From: Alphaproteobacteria bacterium
GTDB lineage: Bacteria > Pseudomonadota > Alphaproteobacteria > Micavibrionales > UBA2020
Direction of reading: 5' to 3'
Length of the DNA: 64,000 nucleotides
NCBI GenBank assembly: GCA_016794125.1
Contig: JAEUKT010000004.1
Coordinates: 133,460 to 197,459, forward strand
Made by a program: the position numbers and the translations under genes. Shown here piece by piece: positions 1 to 8,491 of the stretch. How positions within the stretch are numbered: the stretch's first letter is position 1; every line of letters starts with the position of its first letter. The notes under the pieces were generated by a model, which searched no databases, was not told the DNA's origin, and saw only the letters and a program-made list of their open reading frames with translations.

Positions 1-82
1 GCACCAAGGCCTGAAGGCCGTTCAGGTAAATACGGCCCGACTTCTCGGTATATTTGTCATTCAGCGTAACAGCATCGCGCAT
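1..82 (-). CDS. 5' end of a gene running off the window; N-terminus resembles the indolepyruvate ferredoxin oxidoreductase family (partial)
   Basis: Reverse-strand ATG at 82 gives MRDAVTLNDKYTEKSGRIYLNGLQALV..., with an in-frame stop upstream. Only 27 codons are visible; the family call is from memory of the conserved N-terminal DKYT...G.QALV motif. Confidence 0.35.
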   Translation of the reverse strand, partial: MRDAVTLNDKYTEKSGRIYLNGLQALV

Positions 83-338
83 GCCCTGTGACCCACCCCT
101 GTAGAACGATTCCGTATCAGCGTTAAAGTAGTATCGTATAGCGAGTCCGGCAACTTTATTTCAACAATTTTTTTCATAAATTAGTGAAGAATAATGTTAA
201 AAATCAAGGCTCTAGCGCAACTTTTTGTGCTGCAATGCACAAACGGCGCGGAATATAAGGCTTTTCACGGGCGCAAAGGCCGTGTTACAACCTCTCACGC
301 CAATAAGGCGCAACTTTTACAAAGAGATTCGGAAAGGG

Positions 339-554
339 GTGATTACCATCGTACAGGTCATCGTACGCGATAACAACGTCGATCAGGCACTGCGCGCATT
401 GAAGAAAAAGATGCAGCGTGAAGGACTGTTCCGCGAAATGAAACTGCGCCGCCACTATGAGAAGCCTTCTGTGAAGAAGGCGCGTGAGCGTTCTGAAGCA
501 GTCCGTCGCCACCGCAAACTTGAGCGCAAGCGCAAGGAAAGGGACGGCGAATAA
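339..554 (+). CDS. rpsU: 30S ribosomal protein S21
   Basis: [46 protein letters not shown]... is a typical S21. The track ORF (225) is over-extended; a GTG at 339 follows GGAAAGG. The exact start is uncertain (339-348). Confidence 0.9.
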   Translation: MITIVQVIVRDNNVDQALRALKKKMQREGLFREMKLRRHYEKPSVKKARERSEAVRRHRKLERKRKERDGE

Positions 555-592
555 TCGTTATCGGATAATATCACCGCTAAGATATTGAGAAA

Positions 593-623
593 GGGGTCCG
601 CGCGTTATGCCGGACCCTTTTTG
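593..623 (+). terminator. Rho-independent terminator after rpsU
   Basis: Stem GGGTCCG / CGGACCC followed by TTTTT. Confidence 0.6.
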
Positions 624-640
624 CTGTCTGTCACAAGCGC

Positions 641-666
641 GTCATCCCCGCGCAGGCGGGGATGAC
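641..666. other. Perfect 11-bp-stem hairpin (GTCATCCCCGC-GCAG-GCGGGGATGAC) between rpsU and the first ankyrin gene
   Basis: Inverted repeat read directly. It lies 16 nt downstream of the minus-strand ankyrin stop and has no adjacent U-tract. Confidence 0.5.
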
Positions 667-681
667 GAAACATGGATGACA

Positions 682-1641
682 CTAGATTTTCAATTTAGCG
701 ATTTGCGATTGCCCCACGGGCTTGTCATCCATCACCGGCACTTGCCCGCCCGCTTTCTTCAGTTCATCAATCGCGCGCGCCAGTACGGCATCGCCGAGCG
801 TGTTGAAGCTTTCGGCCGCGCCCAGCGTTTCCAGCCCGGTTTTCAGGTTTTCCGAGATAATCAGTCGTTCGCGGGATTCGAAATTGAAAATCTCCGTGAT
901 CTTGCGGTTCAGAACGGGCATTTCCGCGATTTTCGCGATGGTGGTGATGTTCATCAGCGCCCATGTCTCGCCCGATGCTGCGGGCTTATTTTCATTCGCG
1001 GGCGGGGCAGCGGCGGCGGGCGCGGCGAGGTCGGCAGCAACCGGCGTGCCACGCACGGTTGTTTCGATGATCTTTTGCAGGCGCGGGTATTTTTCAGCGG
1101 CCAGCTTTGCGGGTGTCACATCATCCTTGCCCGGGATATCGGTGCGCGCGCCTGCCGTGATCAGGAATTCCAGCATCGCGCCGCAGTCGCTGGCGACGGC
1201 ATAATATGTCGCCGTGCGTTCATCCTTGGTATTGCGCACATCCAGCAGCACGCCTTTTTCCACGAGCGCCTTTGCGGCATCAAGGTCACCGTTATGCGCG
1301 GCCCAATGGATGGGATAGGTGTATGAATTGTTATGCGCGTTCACATCGGAACCCGCCGCAATCAGCAGCAGCGCCGCCGCCGATTTATCCTTGGTCAGCG
1401 CCAGCAGCAGCGCGGTGTTGCCGTCGGGGTCGGTCTGCGTCAGGTCGGGCTTGCGGGTGAGGAGGTATTTGATCGCTTCGGTCTGCCCCGCTTCGGATGC
1501 GAGCATCAGCGCGGTTTTGCCTTCGGGGTTTTTCATGTCGATGGGGTATGGCGTTCCCGTCTGCAATCCGTATTTAAGCTCATCAAGATCGCCGGATGTT
1601 GCGGCTGCAAAGAAGGTCTTCTTCGTGCTGATGAATGCCAT
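682..1641 (-). CDS. Ankyrin-repeat protein with Ala/Pro linker and conserved C-terminal TEIFNFESRER module (paralog 1)
   Basis: Repeated G.TALMLA/ G.TALLLA/ HWAAHNGDLD ankyrin motifs. The C-terminal ~75 aa are shared with the next two genes. Confidence 0.85.
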   Translation of the reverse strand: MAFISTKKTFFAAATSGDLDELKYGLQTGTPYPIDMKNPEGKTALMLASEAGQTEAIKYLLTRKPDLTQTDPDGNTALLLALTKDKSAAALLLIAAGSDVNAHNNSYTYPIHWAAHNGDLDAAKALVEKGVLLDVRNTKDERTATYYAVASDCGAMLEFLITAGARTDIPGKDDVTPAKLAAEKYPRLQKIIETTVRGTPVAADLAAPAAAAPPANENKPAASGETWALMNITTIAKIAEMPVLNRKITEIFNFESRERLIISENLKTGLETLGAAESFNTLGDAVLARAIDELKKAGGQVPVMDDKPVGQSQIAKLKI

Positions 1642-1746
1642 GTGGTAAGTCGTTTTCCCCGCGTTGTTTGAAGGTGTTGGGGAATTATCCCAACCGCGTG
1701 CAAAACGGTCAAGAGGTATTATGCTACCTCACTGTAATCATTGGAT

Positions 1747-1956
1747 TTAAACCTTGGCCACGCTCATTTTTTCAAGCAACGAGCCCATTTCTTTCAGTAA
1801 TCGAACGACACGTTCGCGGTCGCTCCCAATTCTTGTTTGGAACTCGAAAATATCGATTCCATTGCAAATTTCATTGAGCGCGGCGGTTAAAATTAAAAGT
1901 TCTTCGTGCGTCATAACCGTCTGCGACTGATCAGGCGCGATATTTACAATATTCAT
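1747..1956 (-). CDS. Small hypothetical protein (69 aa) inside the ankyrin array
   Basis: Only ORF in a lower-GC gap between ankyrin paralogs. Normal amino-acid composition, no recognisable motif. Confidence 0.45.
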   Translation of the reverse strand: MNIVNIAPDQSQTVMTHEELLILTAALNEICNGIDIFEFQTRIGSDRERVVRLLKEMGSLLEKMSVAKV

Positions 1957-1971
1957 GGCTCACCTAAATAA

Positions 1972-2922
1972 TTAAACGCGGAACGGCTTCGACGGACCGT
2001 TTTGCGAAGGATTGCCGCGCTTGCCGATCACATCGGATTCATTCGCTTCGCCGCCCAGCTTCACGAATTCGGCCAGCGCCTTGCGCAGCGCGGCTTCGGT
2101 GATCGCGTCGAAACTTTCGGGCGGCATCGTGGTTTCCACGCCGCTGCGCGTGTTTTCGTTGATGACGGTGCGCTCGCGGGATTCGAAATTGAAAATCTCG
2201 GTCAGGCGGCGGTTGATGTCGGGGATATCGCCGATATGCGTCACCTGATGCTCGCCCGTGCGCAGCCAGCGGTCGTTGCCGCTATAGGCGGGCGCTGCTG
2301 CTTCTGCGGCGGCGGGTTCGTTTTTCGCGACGGGGGTTTCAAGTATCTTTTGCAGATGCGCGCCCTTGGCGGTTGCGATATCCAGCTGTGTCTGGCCCTT
2401 TTTGTCGGGCATGTCGGTGCGCGCGCCGGATTGCAGCAGGAACTCCACAACATTCGCATGGCCCTGGATGACCGCCCAATGCAGCGGGGTGTAGCCGTTA
2501 TTGACGATCACGGTGTCAAGGTTCGCGCCATAGCTGACCAGCATTTTCACCATGTCGATATCGCCCTGATGCGCGGCGAAATGGAGCGGCGTGATGTAAT
2601 CCGCCGCATGGGCGTTTACGTCCGCGCCGCGCTTGATCAGAACCTGCGCCGCGTCGCGCTGCTTGTTGATCAGGGCAAGCGTCAGCGGCGTGTGGCCTTC
2701 CTTGTCCGGTGTATTGGCGTTGAGGCCGAATTTCAGCATAGTATTGAGGATCGCGTCATGGCCGAGCTTTGCGGCATGGGCGACGGCGGTCATACCCGCT
2801 TCGTCGCGCGCGTTCAAATCGACCTTGCGGCTATTGTAATAGTATTCCTTCACGTACCGCGTGACGGTTTTCTCGTCATTGTCCTTGACCGCCTGATGGA
2901 ACTTTTTGACGCTGTCGAACAT
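1972..2922 (-). CDS. Ankyrin-repeat protein with the conserved C-terminal TEIFNFESRER module (paralog 2)
   Basis: Ankyrin motifs (GMTAVAHAAKLGH, GHTPLTLALIN, TPLHFAAHQGDIDMV, YTPLHWAVIQGH); same C-terminal module. Confidence 0.85.
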   Translation of the reverse strand: MFDSVKKFHQAVKDNDEKTVTRYVKEYYYNSRKVDLNARDEAGMTAVAHAAKLGHDAILNTMLKFGLNANTPDKEGHTPLTLALINKQRDAAQVLIKRGADVNAHAADYITPLHFAAHQGDIDMVKMLVSYGANLDTVIVNNGYTPLHWAVIQGHANVVEFLLQSGARTDMPDKKGQTQLDIATAKGAHLQKILETPVAKNEPAAAEAAAPAYSGNDRWLRTGEHQVTHIGDIPDINRRLTEIFNFESRERTVINENTRSGVETTMPPESFDAITEAALRKALAEFVKLGGEANESDVIGKRGNPSQNGPSKPFRV

Positions 2923-2923
2923 G

Positions 2924-4039
2924 TTACGGCAGCCTCGCGGTTTTGTTCAGGTTGCGGCGCGTGATTTGCGTGTCATCGACCGTCCCGCCCAGATTGCGAT
3001 ACGCAGCGGCGGCCTTTTGCAGCGCCGCTTCCTCGATGGTATCGAAGCTTTGGGGGGCTGCCATGTTTTCCGCGCCGGTGCGCAGGTTTTCGGATATCAC
3101 GATGCGCTCGCGGCTCTCGAAATTGAAAATTTCGGTCAGTTTGCGCTCCAATGCGGGATAGATGCCGACCTGCGCTACTTTCGCGTCGCCCATGCGCAGC
3201 CATGTTTCGGTCGCGGCCTCCGCCGTTTCCGGCATGTCATAGCCGGGACGCACGGGTTTTTCGCGCTGCTCCAGCAGGTACGCGATGGCGTCGTTGTTGC
3301 GGTCACGCGCCAGCTGCAGCGCGGTCTGGCCGCGGTTGTTTTTAATATGCGCATCCGCGCCCTGTTCCAGCAGAAATTCAACCATCTGCATGCGGTTGTA
3401 ATAAACCGCCCATTGCAGCGGGGTATAGCCGTGCTGGCGGTCGCGTTCGTCGATCTCCAGCCCTTTTTCCAGCAGCAGCCTTGCGGTTTCCTCCGCGCCC
3501 TGCTGTGCGGCAAGGTGCAGCAGCCCGTGGCCGTCGGAATCCTGCAGGTCGGTTTTCGCGCCGGCCTCGATCAGTTTTTTGATGATGTCGGTGCGGCCAT
3601 AGCGCACGGCGTTCAGCAGCGGCTTGTCGCGGTCGGGATCGGCCTTCGCGGCCAGCAGGATATCGACCGCAACGCCGCTGGACCGCGCCGATGCCATCGA
3701 CAGCGCGGTCGATCCGCCATGCAGTTCGGCGTTCACATCCGCGTTGGCGGCAATCAGGCGGCGCAGGGTATCGATGCGCCCGCCCGAACTGGCGGCGACC
3801 GCCAGCGGGGTATAGCCGTGGTTGTTGTGACCCTCGATATCCGCGCCGGCGGCCAGCAGCGCGTCGATCACGGCGTTCTTGCCGTGCTTGACGGCGATAT
3901 GCAGGGCGTAATCGCCGTTACGGTCGGTCACCTTCAGGTATTCGCGCGCATGCTTGCTGGAGAGATAGCTCTGCAACGTCTCCATATCGCCGCGCGCGGC
4001 AGCCTTCAGGAATCCGTTATTGGTGTGCATCAGCGGCAT
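2924..4039 (-). CDS. Ankyrin-repeat protein with the conserved C-terminal TEIFNFESRER module (paralog 3, ~7 repeats)
   Basis: Ankyrin motifs (GDYALHIAVKHGK, GYTPLAVAASSG, GSTALSMA, GHGLLHLAAQQG, GYTPLQWAVYYN, GQTALQLA); same C-terminal module. Only 1 nt separates it from paralog 2. Confidence 0.85.
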   Translation of the reverse strand: MPLMHTNNGFLKAAARGDMETLQSYLSSKHAREYLKVTDRNGDYALHIAVKHGKNAVIDALLAAGADIEGHNNHGYTPLAVAASSGGRIDTLRRLIAANADVNAELHGGSTALSMASARSSGVAVDILLAAKADPDRDKPLLNAVRYGRTDIIKKLIEAGAKTDLQDSDGHGLLHLAAQQGAEETARLLLEKGLEIDERDRQHGYTPLQWAVYYNRMQMVEFLLEQGADAHIKNNRGQTALQLARDRNNDAIAYLLEQREKPVRPGYDMPETAEAATETWLRMGDAKVAQVGIYPALERKLTEIFNFESRERIVISENLRTGAENMAAPQSFDTIEEAALQKAAAAYRNLGGTVDDTQITRRNLNKTARLP

Positions 4040-4193
4040 CGCGGGTTTCGTTCCTTGGGGAATCTTGGAGTAGGGGAACTATAGAAAATAGGGATTACTA
4101 TGACAAGGCGGAATCGGTGTATTTTTGTCATAATAACACAGCGCGTGACAGGAATCCTGCGGCTCTCTATGCTGCAGCATCAGGCAGGGCAAA

Positions 4194-4793
4194 GTGGCGA
4201 CATATCAGGAAATTTTCGGGCTGGCGGCGTTCGCCATCGGGTTGTGGGGCACAGCGGTTTATATCGCGTCGATCTTCCGCGGCGAAACGCGGCCGCATGT
4301 CTATACGCATCTGGTCTGGGGGCTGGTCACGCTGATCGCTTTTCTGGGGCAGCTGGCCGACAAAGCGGGGCCGGGGGCATGGGCGCTCGGCATCACGGCA
4401 GCGGCCTGTTTGTTTCAGGCCGCACTCGCGCTGAAATGGGGCGAGAAAAACATCACGCGCGGTGACAAGCTGTCACTTGTCGCGGCTGTTGTTGCGGTCG
4501 TGCCGTGGGTGCTGACGGATGATCCGTTACTCTCCGTCGTGCTGGCCTCCATCATCAGCGGCGTCGCCTTCTTCCCGACCATCCGCAAATCATGGACAAA
4601 ACCGCGTGAAGAAAACCTGATCGCCTACATGATCGCGAATGTGAAACTCGGGCTGTCACTTGTCGCACTCACGAATTTCACGGTGACAACGCTGGTCTAT
4701 CCGGTGTCGTCGATCGTTATTAACACGGCGTTTGTGGTGTTATGTCTCTACCGCCGCGCGGCCATGGCGCGGTCGGCAGCGGTTGCGGCGTAA
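4194..4793 (+). CDS. Hypothetical polytopic membrane protein
   Basis: GTG start after AGGG. About six hydrophobic segments; no family recognised. Confidence 0.6.
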   Translation: MATYQEIFGLAAFAIGLWGTAVYIASIFRGETRPHVYTHLVWGLVTLIAFLGQLADKAGPGAWALGITAAACLFQAALALKWGEKNITRGDKLSLVAAVVAVVPWVLTDDPLLSVVLASIISGVAFFPTIRKSWTKPREENLIAYMIANVKLGLSLVALTNFTVTTLVYPVSSIVINTAFVVLCLYRRAAMARSAAVAA

Positions 4794-4798
4794 CCTTC

Positions 4799-6877
4799 TT
4801 ACAAGCAGAAATTCCCCAGCTTCGGTGCGGGGCCTTTGTTTTTGCTGATGGGTTCGGTCGCCTTCACGAGGAACTCGGCTGCTTTCGGGTCCACCTTGTC
4901 CAGCAGCGGCTTCAGCGTATTGCGGACTTCGGCGTGATAATCGTTCAGCCATTTCAGCTCTTCGGGCGTCAGCAGGGCAGGCTCGACAAGGTTAGTGTCG
5001 ATGGGCGCCATGGTGAGCGTCTTGAAGCCGAGCAGCTTCTTGCCGTCCGCATCCGTCTTGCCTGTGTCGATCACGGTCACAAGGTTTTCGATGCGGATGC
5101 CGTAAGCGCCTTCTTTGTAGAATCCGGGCTCGTTCGACACGATCATGCCGACTTCAAACGGCACGGTGGTGGAGCGCGGCGAAATGCCGGCGGGGCCTTC
5201 ATGCACGGACAAATAGCTGCCCACGCCATGGCCGGTGCCATGCGCGTAATCGAGGCCGACTTCCTTCAATGCCGCGCGTGCCTTGTCGTCCAGAACTTTT
5301 CCAACCGTGCCTTCGGGGAAGACGCTCATCGCGACCTGAATATGGCCCTTCAGCACGCGGGTATTGTGTTCTTTCATCTCCGCCGTCACGTTATCGACCG
5401 CGACAGTGCGGGTGATGTCGGTCGTGCCGTCGAGGTATTGCGCGCCGGAATCGACCAAGTAGATCGGCCCTGCCATCAGCGGCTTGTTGGTTTCGGGCGA
5501 TGAACGGTAATGCACAATCGCGCCGTTGCCGCCCGCGCCGGAAATGGTGTCAAAGCTGAGGCCGCGGAAGTTTTTGCCTTCCTCGCGGAAGGATTGCAGC
5601 AGGTCGGATGCCGTGAGTTCGTCGTATTTCGCCGCCTGTCCCTGACCGCAAATGCTGCTCAGGAAACGCGTGACCGCCACGCCGTCGCGGATATGCGCGT
5701 CAATCGTGCCCTGAATTTCCACCGCGTTCTTTTTCGCCTTCATCAGCTGGATCGGGCTTTTCTCGGCGATGCTCGCGCCGCCCGCCGTCTTGATGATGTC
5801 TTCAACCTTGGCGGGGGAGGAACCGGGATCGACCCAGACCTTTTTCCCCTGTTTCGCCAAGGTTTCGATGCCGCCCGCGAAATCTTCCAGCGGGTGCAGG
5901 CGCACATCGGCGCCGACCCAGGCCTTCGTTTCATCGGTCACCTTGCGGCTGTCGATATACCAGTCCACCGATCCGTCCTTATGCGCGATGGCATAGGAAA
6001 GGGCGAAGGGCGTGCAGGGCACGTCGCCGCCACGGATGTTGAGAAGCCATGCAATTTCTTCCGGCAGCGCGACCGCAATCGCATCCGCGCCCTTGGTTGC
6101 CAGCGTTTTCGCTAGATCGGCGCGTTTTTCATCCGACGCCTTGCCCGCAAATTGCAGCGGATGCGGCACGACGGGGGCGAGCGGTGCGGGCGGCTGGTCT
6201 TTCCATGCCGCGTCCAGCGGGTTGTCCTGCAGCAGCACCAGCGTGCCGCCGGCCTTTTCGACCGCGTCCTTGATGCGCTTCAAATCATTGGGCGTATGCA
6301 CCCAGGGATCAACGCCGAAGCGCGCGCCTGCGGGCAAATTCTTTTCAATCCATTCGACCGGCGACATGGTGGGGATGGGCAGCTGGTTTTCCGACACGTT
6401 GCAGATCTGGAACGATTTGTCGTCAACTTGAGCGCGCGATTGCAGCGTGTAGCGGCCATCGGTAAAGAAACCGGCCTTGTCGTTCAGCACCACCGCGTAA
6501 CCGGCGGAACCGGTGAATTCGGTGATCCATGCAAGGCGTTCGGCGCGCGCGGGCACATATTCGCCCTGAAATTCATCGGCGCGGGGAATGTAGAAACCAT
6601 CCACGCCGCGCTTCGCCATTTCGGCGCGCAGGTCGGCGAGTTTATCCTGCTTCACATTGTTCTGGTTCGCGGCGAGGTGTTCTTTGAGCGCGGCCAGCTG
6701 CTGCACGGTTTCGGCGTTGTCGTTCGTCGTGAACAGGCGCGCCCAGCGCTGCGGCTCGCCAAGGTCGGCGGGGGCGGCGTTGATGCCGCGGAGCGTTTCC
6801 TTCACTTCCTCGACCGTGCGTTTTTCGCCGGATGCGGAGAGGAGGGATTTCAGGTGCTCGTCGCCTTTGTAGCTCAT
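4799..6877 (-). CDS. pepP: Xaa-Pro aminopeptidase (M24B, aminopeptidase P family) with N-terminal extension
   Basis: RLAWITEFTGSAG, YLDGTTDITRT, HGTGHGVGSYLSVHEGP and SNEPGFY motifs. The ATGA overlap with the upstream gene supports the long start. Confidence 0.85.
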   Translation of the reverse strand: MSYKGDEHLKSLLSASGEKRTVEEVKETLRGINAAPADLGEPQRWARLFTTNDNAETVQQLAALKEHLAANQNNVKQDKLADLRAEMAKRGVDGFYIPRADEFQGEYVPARAERLAWITEFTGSAGYAVVLNDKAGFFTDGRYTLQSRAQVDDKSFQICNVSENQLPIPTMSPVEWIEKNLPAGARFGVDPWVHTPNDLKRIKDAVEKAGGTLVLLQDNPLDAAWKDQPPAPLAPVVPHPLQFAGKASDEKRADLAKTLATKGADAIAVALPEEIAWLLNIRGGDVPCTPFALSYAIAHKDGSVDWYIDSRKVTDETKAWVGADVRLHPLEDFAGGIETLAKQGKKVWVDPGSSPAKVEDIIKTAGGASIAEKSPIQLMKAKKNAVEIQGTIDAHIRDGVAVTRFLSSICGQGQAAKYDELTASDLLQSFREEGKNFRGLSFDTISGAGGNGAIVHYRSSPETNKPLMAGPIYLVDSGAQYLDGTTDITRTVAVDNVTAEMKEHNTRVLKGHIQVAMSVFPEGTVGKVLDDKARAALKEVGLDYAHGTGHGVGSYLSVHEGPAGISPRSTTVPFEVGMIVSNEPGFYKEGAYGIRIENLVTVIDTGKTDADGKKLLGFKTLTMAPIDTNLVEPALLTPEELKWLNDYHAEVRNTLKPLLDKVDPKAAEFLVKATEPISKNKGPAPKLGNFCL

Positions 6878-7785
6878 AGGGGCTTCTCCAGACTGAACCA
6901 GGTTATTTCATGCTTGTTGTGATATAAATGGATAGCATACGACCCCTCGATGTCAAGGAAGGGCTGGATGGCCTTGAAGTCGGTATCCCCTTGTAATTTA
7001 ATCGTAGTTACAAAGTTGCGCGCATATCCCGCTTCGCGCCAGTCATTCACCAGCCGCAGCAAACGGTCGGGGTAGCAGATAACATCGGAAAACAGCCAAT
7101 CGACCGGGCCGATATCCTTGGGCGCGATCGAAAACGCGCTTTGTTCGATATACTTCACGCGCGGCAGTTTCGCGATATTGGGGGCAAGCGGCGCTTTATC
7201 GACGCTGATGACATTCGCGCCAAGACTGTGCAGCACCCATGTCCAGCCGCCGGGGGCCGATCCGAAATCGATGCAGTTGTCGCCGTTTTTCGGCATCGCG
7301 CCGCAACGCGTCAGCGCCTCCCACAATTTCAGGTAGGCGCGGTTGGGCGGTTCGCCCTTGTCTTCGTCAAATTTATACGCGCCGTTCGGCACGGGTTCGG
7401 AACATGACGGCGACGCAAGGATCAGGTTTTCCTTCACCAGCGTCCACGATCCCAGCGGCGCGGTGATCAGCGGCTGGCCGAATTTCAGCGGCTTGCCGCC
7501 CACATGCGGCAGTTTTTCGGTAATGAGGCCGCTGCGGCGGTGATAATCGAAACCGTAATTCCACCAGTTGCGCTGCAGGCTTTTCAGTTTTTTTGCCGCG
7601 TCGCCGATGGAAGAAACTTCGATCCATTGCGGGTTCAGCCAGCTGTTTTCCGCCCAGATCACGCGCCGCGCGGGCTTTTTTGAAATGACAAGGCGTTCAT
7701 GCACATCATCCACATCATCGCCCAGTTCGGCCACCAATTCATGGACGAAACCTTCGGGCGCAAGATAGGCGGAAAAATCGCTCAT
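6874..7785 (-). CDS. rlmM: RlmM/FtsJ-like rRNA 2'-O-methyltransferase
   Basis: PNRAYLKLWEA and DFGSAPGGWTW (SAM-binding) motifs, as in RlmM. Shorter than E. coli RlmM. Confidence 0.65.
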   Translation of the reverse strand: MSDFSAYLAPEGFVHELVAELGDDVDDVHERLVISKKPARRVIWAENSWLNPQWIEVSSIGDAAKKLKSLQRNWWNYGFDYHRRSGLITEKLPHVGGKPLKFGQPLITAPLGSWTLVKENLILASPSCSEPVPNGAYKFDEDKGEPPNRAYLKLWEALTRCGAMPKNGDNCIDFGSAPGGWTWVLHSLGANVISVDKAPLAPNIAKLPRVKYIEQSAFSIAPKDIGPVDWLFSDVICYPDRLLRLVNDWREAGYARNFVTTIKLQGDTDFKAIQPFLDIEGSYAIHLYHNKHEITWFSLEKPL

Positions 7786-8345
7786 GATGCTTTCGGGCGC
7801 GGCAGGACGGATTTGCGCATCACGGTCGCGCTGTCGAATGCCTGCGCCGTGTCGTTGTCGTTCACCACGGCGTTGCGCGCGGCGTGGTTGATGATTTCCT
7901 GCTGGAATTTCACCAATGCGTCGGGGTCTTTTTTCAGGTCGTAATTGATGCTGCGCACCTTGCCGGAAATCGATCCTTCCTCCAGCTTCGCGTCGGGGCC
8001 GTTGAAGCGGATGTCGTAATTCGACAACCCGATGAGCAGAGCATTCTTGCCCTCGGATTTTGTCGCCAGCGCGAACAGGCGGTGGATGGGCCCGATGCGC
8101 AAGACGCCCGTGATCGGCACGGTGACGCTGGATGTGGCGAACAGGTCAAACGCCTGCTCCGATGAATCGCCGAAAACTTCCAGCGACACGTCGATGCCCG
8201 CGTCTTTCAATTCGCCAATCGCCGTGCTGATGTTTTGCAGCGCGACATCGAAGCCCGATTTTTCGCCATAGGCGGCGAATTCGCGTTTCGACGCGTTGAA
8301 TTCTTCGCTGATTTTTTCGCGGGGCAAACGCTTCATGGCATCCAT
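7782..8345 (-). CDS. Hypothetical protein
   Basis: ATGA overlap with rlmM. Start placed at MDAMKRL, because the longer track start would collide with the divergent pmm leader. Confidence 0.5.
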   Translation of the reverse strand: MDAMKRLPREKISEEFNASKREFAAYGEKSGFDVALQNISTAIGELKDAGIDVSLEVFGDSSEQAFDLFATSSVTVPITGVLRIGPIHRLFALATKSEGKNALLIGLSNYDIRFNGPDAKLEEGSISGKVRSINYDLKKDPDALVKFQQEIINHAARNAVVNDNDTAQAFDSATVMRKSVLPRPKAS

Positions 8346-8491
8346 TAGAATCCGGTTAAGGGTTTCACTATAATGAAATAATATACCTTGGCAATATGAA
8401 AACTGTAACCCTTGCGTTTGCTTGCCCGAAGGGGTGGGCTGGGATAAAACTAATGACACCTATTGCCTTATTAGTTTCCGGAATACTGACC

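Noticed and set aside
225-338. Long N-terminal extension of rpsU given by the ORF track (start at 225)
   Set aside because: S21 proteins are ~70 aa and start at the (M/V)QV.VRDN motif. The upstream 38 codons look like translated leader sequence.
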